A stretch of 24,000 nt of DNA, taken from positions 125,258-149,257 of the forward strand of contig CALALR010000040.1 in NCBI GenBank assembly GCA_937925545.1, given 5' to 3'. Shown piece by piece: positions 17,503 to 24,000 of the stretch. A program made the position numbers and the translations under genes. Source of the stretch: an uncultured Planctomycetaceae bacterium (GTDB taxonomy: Bacteria > Planctomycetota > Planctomycetia > Pirellulales > Lacipirellulaceae). Every line of letters starts with the position of its first letter. The first letter of the stretch is position 1. The notes beneath the pieces were generated by a model. It saw nothing but the letters and a program-made list of their open reading frames with translations. It ran no database searches and was not told where the DNA came from.

Positions 17503-17985
17503 TTATACAGGAGGCGCCGCATGCCGTTGTGTTTCGGCAAGTCGTGCCTGAAGTTGCCGATAGCGCTCATGCGTTTCCAGGTCGAAGTTTCCATGGGAAT
17601 CCATCTCCGCCACTCCGCGATATTGGGCCTGGCACCGGTAGCACATCAGTGCATCTCCGACCAATGTGTATAGCAGCACGTCAACGAGAGCCGTGGCAAA
17701 CAGGATTCCGAATGTCCAGGGCAAGTTGGCGTAGTACCAGGCAATCGAGCTCCCCACGATTCCTATGGCTACGATGAGCACACCCAGACGCTGAGGAAAA
17801 TCCTTGCGGACAAACAGGTCGGTACTGGGACAGACCAAACATCGCCGTACTCGATTTTCCTCCACCGCGTCGGTCGGCACTGTGAGTTGCTGCTGGCAAT
17901 GGGGACATGTTAGTTCTCGAGTCGCGGCATCGAAGTTGGACCGCACCGGGGCTGCGCAGGCTGGGCACGCGTAAGTCACATTCAC
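17503..17985 (-). CDS. zinc-ribbon-like, two-TM hypothetical membrane protein
   Basis: 160 aa; CxxC pairs 'CPAC', 'CPHC', 'CLVC', 'CYRC'; hydrophobic 'LGVLIVAIGIVGSSIAWYYANLPWTFGILFATALVDVLLYTLVG'. Confidence 0.75.
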   Translation of the reverse strand: MNVTYACPACAAPVRSNFDAATRELTCPHCQQQLTVPTDAVEENRVRRCLVCPSTDLFVRKDFPQRLGVLIVAIGIVGSSIAWYYANLPWTFGILFATALVDVLLYTLVGDALMCYRCQAQYRGVAEMDSHGNFDLETHERYRQLQARLAETQRHAAPPV

Positions 17986-18039
17986 GGCAATTCTCTTCCT
18001 AGGGTTGGTCGCTAAACCGCACGTCGGCGGTATTCCTCA

Positions 18040-18873
18040 TTATAGAGGAAAGAGCGACTGGGCAGACAGTAGCAGAGCCATGGTTTCACCGACAAACGTG
18101 CCGATGACCGCAACGTAAAGAATCCCCGTCGCGCTCTGGGTATTGGGAATTTTGAGCGTCTGCCACGCCATCCAGGCCAGCACGGCGACCCCCACGAGCC
18201 CAAACGACCATCGCAACAGGAGAAACAGCCACCATTGTGTTGAGATTTCTTGAGCGTATTCCAGTTCGCCCCAAAGGCTGAGCGCGGAGAAAATCATTTG
18301 AAGCGCGACGGCCACTCCCATTGCCAGGATCAGTCGCCGCAGTGGGGCAAGTTCCATCGTGGGGGTATTCAGATACCAATGCCCTAACAACATCGCGGCC
18401 ATCGTCATGCCCAGGAGTAAGCCGGATGTCGATGTCGCGACAAGAGCAGCGCCGGTGGCAAACATAAAATCGGGCGACGGAAATATTTCGTGGCTGCTAT
18501 CGTGGTAGAGATCGGAATAATTCTGCCTGAAACTAATATCCTGTCGTTTCACTTGATGAATCTGAGTAACTTGAGAAAGCGCTCCTGCTAAACTTGCCAG
18601 CAAAACGGTCCCAAGCAGCACCTTGCCGGCTAGAGGCATTTCGTACAGCCAAAACACCGAACCTACGTAACTTAGCACAGCGGCTGCCAAGCAAAACCAG
18701 AAAACACCTGGAACAGCCGCATAACTCACCATTGCTGCAAGTGTCGCCAGCCCTAACGTCACATACATGTGATTGCGAAAGTAACCGCTGGTAACTTGGC
18801 GAGACGAGGTGATTGCCATCCCAGCGGCCAGCCCGAAACAGAGTCGCAGCAGGAATTGAATGAGCAAATTCAT
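18040..18873 (-). CDS. multi-pass hypothetical membrane protein
   Basis: Several hydrophobic helices. The ORF track start (18921) lies inside the inverted repeat; MNLLIQFLLRLCFGLAAGMA at 18873 is a more plausible start. Confidence 0.75.
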   Translation of the reverse strand: MNLLIQFLLRLCFGLAAGMAITSSRQVTSGYFRNHMYVTLGLATLAAMVSYAAVPGVFWFCLAAAVLSYVGSVFWLYEMPLAGKVLLGTVLLASLAGALSQVTQIHQVKRQDISFRQNYSDLYHDSSHEIFPSPDFMFATGAALVATSTSGLLLGMTMAAMLLGHWYLNTPTMELAPLRRLILAMGVAVALQMIFSALSLWGELEYAQEISTQWWLFLLLRWSFGLVGVAVLAWMAWQTLKIPNTQSATGILYVAVIGTFVGETMALLLSAQSLFPL

Positions 18874-18909
18874 TGAGCTACGAGTCGCAAAAAATTGAAC
18901 ATAGCACTC

Positions 18910-18977
18910 AGCCGGAGGCACACTTGCCTCCGGGACATCACAGAGAGGGGTTCCCGGAGGCAGGTGTGCCTCCGGCT
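18910..18977. repeat. REPIN-like inverted pair of palindromic units
   Basis: Arm 1 18910-18935 AGCCGGAGGCACACTTGCCTCCGGGA; arm 2 18952-18977 TCCCGGAGGCAGGTGTGCCTCCGGCT. Arm 2 reverse-complemented matches arm 1 at 25/26 positions; 16-nt spacer; each arm is internally palindromic (CCGGAGGC…GCCTCCGG). Confidence 0.85.
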
Positions 18978-18984
18978 AGTACAA

Positions 18985-19608
18985 TCATCGCCGATCACCA
19001 TAGATGAGTGTCATCACCTCCGAGCGACTCGAGAGATTCGTGCGGAACAGGCCCTTCATCGCCGAAGTCACGCACATGCTCTCCGGCTTGCGAATGCCGC
19101 GGATCGCCATGCAGGAGTGCGATGCCTCGATCACCACGGCGACTCCTTTGACTTCCAATTCCTGAATCAACAGGTCAGCAATCTGCTCGGTCATGCGTTC
19201 TTGCACCTGGGGACGATGAGAGACTTCCTCGACCACTCGGGCCAACTTGCTCAGTCCGACCACTTTGCCATTTGGCACATAGCCGATATGTGCCTTGCCG
19301 ATGAAGGGGAGCATATGATGCTCGCACATGCTGTTGAAAGCGATGTCTTTCACCAGCACCATTTCATCGTATTTCTCGGTGAAGAACTTCTGCAAATGGA
19401 TCTTGGGGTCCGTATGCAAGCCGCTGAATAATTCGGCGTACATGCGGGCCACCCTCGCCGGAGTCTCCCGCAAACCCTCACGCTCAGGGTCTTCTCCCAC
19501 TGCTGAGAGGATCTCGCGGACAGCTCGTTCGATGCGAGGCAAATCTACCACAGAGGACTCGCAAGTGAAGTCTTCGTCGGTCACGCAGTTAGAGATGGAG
19601 GTACTCAT
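18985..19608 (-). CDS. folE: GTP cyclohydrolase I
   Basis: '[20 protein letters not shown]', '[54 protein letters not shown]', '[35 protein letters not shown]'. Likely start MSTSISNC at 19608 (ORF track start 19692). Confidence 0.96.
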   Translation of the reverse strand: MSTSISNCVTDEDFTCESSVVDLPRIERAVREILSAVGEDPEREGLRETPARVARMYAELFSGLHTDPKIHLQKFFTEKYDEMVLVKDIAFNSMCEHHMLPFIGKAHIGYVPNGKVVGLSKLARVVEEVSHRPQVQERMTEQIADLLIQELEVKGVAVVIEASHSCMAIRGIRKPESMCVTSAMKGLFRTNLSSRSEVMTLIYGDRR

Positions 19609-19702
19609 GATGATTCTACCCGAAAGATCAAACGGCCTACAAAACCTTGATGGTATGTTCCCAGCAGGGAAATCGTCAACTAACTGTTGCACTTAACAAG
19701 CT

Positions 19703-20416
19703 TCAGTTAGAGCTGAAAGGGGGGAGCGTGTTGAATAATCTCCGGTGGCGTGCCGACCGCCCGGGGTTTGCTGACTCGAGTGCTGTCAGCAATAAGGTTG
19801 CTCTTTTGTCGATATCACATTCGCCCAATAAATCGCGTTTTTCTTGAAAGTCCATCGGCAAGGCAAAACTAACCAAATCGGTGAGCACCCCCAGAGGAAT
19901 TTCTGAGGCCAAGATTTCCTTCAAGGCCTTATCCATCGATTTTCCTTGCGGAAGGAAATCTTGAAATTGTCTAGTGAGCATCGCTTGGAGATCAGAACGC
20001 TTATCGTCGTTGCCCGCCTTGTAGAAGTCGTCGAGCAAAGTGACCTCTGCTTGACGAAAGCTTCGCGTTGAGGGTAATTCGCGCTCAATGCGTATCCGCC
20101 GCATACCCAGCAGTAAAATATTGTACTCACCGTTATCAGTCCGTTGGTGCGTAACGACTTTTCCTAGGCAAGCGTGTGGCAAGAGCGGTGGATTACCCTC
20201 ATAGTCGGATTCCCAACCGGGGGCAAAAAGACACATCGCGATCAAGCCGTCGCTATCCAGGGCATCGTTCAACAGATCTCGATATCGTGGTTCAAAAATT
20301 CGCAATGGCTGAATGACATGAGGAAACATGATCAAGTCCGGCAGCGGAAACAATCGCACCGTCCCTTTGAAACGAGTCTCGTCAAAAACCAGGTCTTCTG
20401 CATTCCAAGGAACCAT
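19703..20416 (-). CDS. LON peptidase substrate-binding (N-terminal) domain protein
   Basis: 237 aa; 'VRLFPLPDLIMFPHVIQPLRIFEPRYRDLLNDAL…DGLIAMCLF', 'GKVVTHQRTDNGEYNILLLGMRRIRI'; no ATPase or protease domain. Confidence 0.88.
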   Translation of the reverse strand: MVPWNAEDLVFDETRFKGTVRLFPLPDLIMFPHVIQPLRIFEPRYRDLLNDALDSDGLIAMCLFAPGWESDYEGNPPLLPHACLGKVVTHQRTDNGEYNILLLGMRRIRIERELPSTRSFRQAEVTLLDDFYKAGNDDKRSDLQAMLTRQFQDFLPQGKSMDKALKEILASEIPLGVLTDLVSFALPMDFQEKRDLLGECDIDKRATLLLTALESANPGRSARHRRLFNTLPPFSSN

Positions 20417-20465
20417 AGTGCTTACTTCTTTCGCGGGATTATTGCTACAGGATGAAAATGCTCTG

Positions 20466-20879
20466 TCAGGCTTTCGTCGCTGAAGGCTGTAAATGTATCT
20501 CAGGAATCAAATCCGGGACAATCTCAAGTTGGGGGTACTCCTCGTCGCTAGCCAAAACTTCCGCAAAACACTCGGCATACTGCTTGCGGAAGGCATCCAA
20601 GTCGAGCCCCATATAAATCGCAGGATATTCGTTCAGGTAGTTAAGGCTGGTAAGGTAAACCTTCTTCGCTCCGCGAATATTTCCGTTTCCGAAATGATGC
20701 AGGGCAACGGCCACCTGAATCAACCCCTGATAAAACTTGCGGGCAGGGCCCCGATACTCGGTCCACAATTCCTCCCAGGTTTCGTGCGCCTCGAAGAAAT
20801 CGCAGACATTGAAATGCTCGATTCCGGCCAGATAGAGCGGATCGTAGCTATGACAATCGCTGGCTATCTCGTCGGCCAT
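20466..20879 (-). CDS. DUF309 domain protein
   Basis: 'GIEHFNVCDFFEAHETWEELWTEYRGPARKFYQGLIQVAVALHHFGNGNIRGAKKVY'. Confidence 0.88.
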   Translation of the reverse strand: MADEIASDCHSYDPLYLAGIEHFNVCDFFEAHETWEELWTEYRGPARKFYQGLIQVAVALHHFGNGNIRGAKKVYLTSLNYLNEYPAIYMGLDLDAFRKQYAECFAEVLASDEEYPQLEIVPDLIPEIHLQPSATKA

Positions 20880-21164
20880 GTGTTCTCCGCAGGTGGGATG
20901 ATGCGAGGGAGGGCGTACTACGAGTGATTATATGCGAGTTTTTGCTTCAGGGCCAACCGGGAGAGGTAATCTTTCTCAAGACTAGTAACGTTTGGTACTC
21001 GCTCTTTTGCCCAATCCTTGACAGTTCCCGCAGTGAACGGAAAATGAAGCCACGCTTCAAGGAAATCGGAGCAAAGCATTCTTGCACCGATATTTTCCGG
21101 AAAAGTACCATTTTTCTCGCTTTTTTTGCCAAGGTAGCGTCCCATCCCAATTCCACCGACTGCC

Positions 21165-21869
21165 ATGCCACCTCAACGTGTTACCAAGGCTGCTCGGCCC
21201 ACCAAGGGAGCGAAAAAATCGGTCCCATCCGCTGATCTCAAGCGTCATGCTGCCAAGATCGTGAGGAAATTGAACTCCGATTATCCAAATGCCGATTGCG
21301 CCCTCGTGCATCAGACGCCTTTTCAATTACTAGTGGCCACGATTCTCTCAGCCCAATGTACGGACGAAAGAGTCAACATGGTCTGCAAAGACCTGTTTCG
21401 CAAATACAAAAAGCCAGCCGACTTTGCCGCGGCTCCCATCGGTGAGCTTGAAACAGCTATTAAGAGTACGGGTTTCTTCCGCAACAAAGCCAAGAACATA
21501 AAAGCCTGTAGCAAAGATTTGGTAGATAAACATAACGGCCAGGTCCCGCAAGATTTGGAGTCCCTCGTAAGCCTCGCAGGGGTCGGGCGTAAAACGGCAA
21601 ATGTGGTACTTGGAACTGCTTTTGGGATCCCAACTGGTGTTGTCGTCGATACTCACGTCGGTCGGCTCAGCCTGCGGATGGGACTTACTAAACAAAAGGA
21701 TGCCGTGAAGGTCGAACTGGACCTGATGCAACTCATTCCGCAAGATGAATGGATTGGCTTTTCGCATCGAATGATTCTCCACGGCCGACAGGTCTGCTCA
21801 GCTCGGAAACCAGACTGCAACAATTGTTCTTTAGAAAAGATTTGTCCAAAGATCGGAGTAAGTTCATAA
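21165..21869 (+). CDS. nth: endonuclease III (DNA glycosylase/AP lyase)
   Basis: HhH 'LVSLAGVGRKTANVVLGTAFG', 'VVVDTHVGRLSLRMGL', C-terminal 4Fe-4S 'CSARKPDCNNCSLEKIC' (C-x6-C-x2-C-x5-C). Confidence 0.96.
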   Translation: MPPQRVTKAARPTKGAKKSVPSADLKRHAAKIVRKLNSDYPNADCALVHQTPFQLLVATILSAQCTDERVNMVCKDLFRKYKKPADFAAAPIGELETAIKSTGFFRNKAKNIKACSKDLVDKHNGQVPQDLESLVSLAGVGRKTANVVLGTAFGIPTGVVVDTHVGRLSLRMGLTKQKDAVKVELDLMQLIPQDEWIGFSHRMILHGRQVCSARKPDCNNCSLEKICPKIGVSS

Positions 21870-21929
21870 GTGCCGTTTGACGCGTTGCGTCGCGGCTAAC
21901 CACCAACCCCTAACCACCAACGACTCGCA

Positions 21930-22505
21930 ATGATTCTCTCAGGCCAAGAAATCCTTCGTCGCATGGGCGATGACATCGACATCGATCCATTCGATCCTGC
22001 GAAGATCAACCCAAACAGCTATAATCTAACTCTCCACGATGAATTGATGGTCTATGAGGAAGTGGTGCTCGACATGGCCAAGGCGAATCGCGTTCGCCGG
22101 ATCGAGATTCCCAAAGAGGGGATCGTGCTGAGCCCCAACCAACTCTACCTGGGCCGCACGGTAGAGCGGACCCAGACCCACAATCTCGTGCCCCAGATCG
22201 AAGGCCGCTCGTCAGTCGGTCGGCTCGGGTTGTTCGTGCATGTGACGGCTGGCTTCGGTGACGTTGGTTTCGAGGGTTATTGGACTCTCGAAATGTTTGC
22301 CGTCCAACCGGTACGGATCTACGCCGGGACAGAAATCTGTCAAATCATCTACCATGAACTCACCGGCCCGATTGAAGAGTATTGCTCAAAGTACCAGTAC
22401 AACCACGATATCCAGCCGAGCCTCTTGTTTGAAGAACTCGATCCCGATCGAGAGAACGACCCGCAGTTGCCTCTAAACTTCGGGTTGGAGCGGTCACACG
22501 GGTAG
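21930..22505 (+). CDS. dcd: dCTP deaminase family protein
   Basis: 'KINPNSYNLTLHDEL', 'LVPQIEGRSSVGRLGLFVHVTAGFGDVGFEGYWTLEMFAVQPVRIYAGTEICQIIYHELTG'. Confidence 0.9.
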   Translation: MILSGQEILRRMGDDIDIDPFDPAKINPNSYNLTLHDELMVYEEVVLDMAKANRVRRIEIPKEGIVLSPNQLYLGRTVERTQTHNLVPQIEGRSSVGRLGLFVHVTAGFGDVGFEGYWTLEMFAVQPVRIYAGTEICQIIYHELTGPIEEYCSKYQYNHDIQPSLLFEELDPDRENDPQLPLNFGLERSHG

Positions 22506-22522
22506 AGAGATTCAGGAATCAA

Positions 22523-24000
22523 TTACTCGACGACTCGCAACTTCATTTCATCCGAATTCGCCTTCAACTCGGGGGCATACATCGCGTAGGCCTTGGTGGG
22601 TAGCGCACTGAATTGCCCAGGGATTTCTGCGTGAAGGCGGTAAGAGATGCTGTGCCGACCTCGAGCCAATCGTTGCAGGAACAGGGTGACTCGTTCGTCG
22701 CGAAGTTCAACATAAGCCCCCAGTTCATTCCGATTATATCCGCTGCGAACTTCGACAGGCTCCAGTCCTGCCGCTTTCATATCTTCGAGCAAGATGTACT
22801 CGTAGTCATTCTTGCTCTCGATCGTAAGTTCAACTTCCACTAGATCGCCGCTCTTTACCTCGGCAAGGTTCACGAGCGGAGTTCGATCGTATTTTTCCAC
22901 GTCTTGCACAACTACCTGGCCACGACCGCCTGCTACCGTTGTCTGTTTGTCGGCTCGTGTGAGTTTGAAGTAATTGCGATCGACTTTGATCTCCAAACCG
23001 GCGGCCTTGATGTCATCTTCCAGCGTAAAATTCGTGAGATATCCGCTGTAATAAATGGGCGAATCTCCTTCTTTGCGAAGTTCGACAGTGTGTCTCCCCG
23101 CAGTAAGTGCAGCTCCCTCGAGCACGAGTTTGTTGTCAAACGAGAACAGGTTATCCTTGGTGATTGTGATCGACTTCTGCTCTTTTCCATCGATCCAAAC
23201 TCCCAGTGTAACATTTGGCTCGACTTCGCCCGTCGCCCGCAGGTAGTCAGCAAAGGCCTCGACTACCAGGGCTGTATCACGGGTGCTGTTCCAATAGCGG
23301 GCGTGCTTGCGGTTATTGAGCAGGTATTTCACCAATCGGGGTGCAATTTCGCTCTGCGGATCTTCGGAAACGAGCAGTTTCAGATAGTACGCGTGCGCTT
23401 CATATTCACTGCCATACCAATACCACCAGGTATCACCAGGGAGCTCTAACCAGGCAGTTTGATTTTCATCGTCTTCGCGTAGGTACTGGCTGATGTTACG
23501 CAATACCATGGTCAGCTTGTCTTCATCGCTGAGTTTTTCCAGGGCAATGCCGTAGGTCGCAAGGCTGTAGACTGCCAGTTTGGTACGGTCGCGGTAAAGA
23601 TATTCGCGCATCTTGTCCGAAACTTCGCTCGACTCGGGTGAAGTGGCTCCCTGTTCGGCAAGCACCATGAATACGAGTGCATCGAGGTTGTCAGCGTGGG
23701 GTTTCGAGTGGATTTTTCCCCGTTGTTCGGCGGGTAGTTTTTGCTCACTTTCGTAGTTTTCGATGAGCCGAACCTGCTCGGCCTGATAGTTGGCTAGCCA
23801 GGCGATGCCTCGATCCAACACACCGGGAACCAGGGCCACCTCATTCTGCACGGCGATCTGTAACCCATGCACGACGACAGCCGTGGTATGTGGTGTGCTT
23901 CGTTCGTTAAATCCGCTAAACCAGCCCCACCCGCCGTCGCCTAGCTGCATCTCGGTGAGTCGATTCACGCCTGCCTTGACGATCTTCGACAACTCGGCTT
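22523..24000 (-). CDS. alpha-2-macroglobulin-like protein, C-terminal part (5' end beyond the window)
   Basis: 'LTEMQLGDGGWGWFSGFNERSTPHTTAVVVHGL' (thioester-domain-like alpha/alpha toroid repeats) followed by beta-rich C-terminal 'VEVELTIESKNDYEYILLEDMKAAGLEPVE…LARGRHSISYRLHAEIPGQFSALPTKAYAMYAPEL'. Confidence 0.85.
   Translation of the reverse strand, partial: AELSKIVKAGVNRLTEMQLGDGGWGWFSGFNERSTPHTTAVVVHGLQIAVQNEVALVPGVLDRGIAWLANYQAEQVRLIENYESEQKLPAEQRGKIHSKPHADNLDALVFMVLAEQGATSPESSEVSDKMREYLYRDRTKLAVYSLATYGIALEKLSDEDKLTMVLRNISQYLREDDENQTAWLELPGDTWWYWYGSEYEAHAYYLKLLVSEDPQSEIAPRLVKYLLNNRKHARYWNSTRDTALVVEAFADYLRATGEVEPNVTLGVWIDGKEQKSITITKDNLFSFDNKLVLEGAALTAGRHTVELRKEGDSPIYYSGYLTNFTLEDDIKAAGLEIKVDRNYFKLTRADKQTTVAGGRGQVVVQDVEKYDRTPLVNLAEVKSGDLVEVELTIESKNDYEYILLEDMKAAGLEPVEVRSGYNRNELGAYVELRDERVTLFLQRLARGRHSISYRLHAEIPGQFSALPTKAYAMYAPELKANSDEMKLRVVE

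Noticed and set aside
20918-21235. Overlapping small ORFs in the DUF309/nth divergent gap
   Set aside because: Several frames overlap on both strands with no recognisable product or good ribosome-binding context; treated as promoter-bearing intergenic DNA.
1-24000. Search for defence systems, CRISPR arrays, phage or transposon genes, biosynthetic clusters
   Set aside because: All sizeable ORFs match housekeeping or common accessory families; no regularly spaced repeats, integrases, transposases, reverse transcriptases or toxin-antitoxin pairs were recognised.

Overview
This 24 kb window looks like ordinary chromosomal, metabolism-rich bacterial DNA, probably from a Planctomycete (sulfatase, A2M-like protein, gene content and style; this is inference). 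Twenty-five CDSs are supported, plus a possible tail of an upstream gene at the left edge. Main blocks: (i) a sulfatase; (ii) a nucleoside salvage cluster on the minus strand: nucleoside deaminase, short AMP nucleosidase, deoC, two tandem PNP paralogs, pyrimidine nucleoside phosphorylase; (iii) trpS-acpS and pyrD; (iv) a small lipoprotein-like ORF and an HU/IHF-type protein; (v) a tightly packed run of a 995-aa FAD/Fe-S oxidoreductase, moaD, moaE, moaA, a cysteine-desulfurase-family protein and a YkgJ-type Cys-cluster protein; (vi) folE, a LON-N domain protein, DUF309, nth, dcd and a truncated alpha-2-macroglobulin-like protein. I saw no CRISPR array, tRNA/rRNA, transposase, phage gene or recognisable defence system. 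The observations most worth a second look are: a PNP paralog whose base-recognition and 5'-OH-contact positions are switched to the MTAP-like state; translational coupling of a large FAD/Fe-S oxidoreductase to molybdopterin-synthase genes and a cysteine desulfurase; and a REPIN-like inverted repeat downstream of folE.
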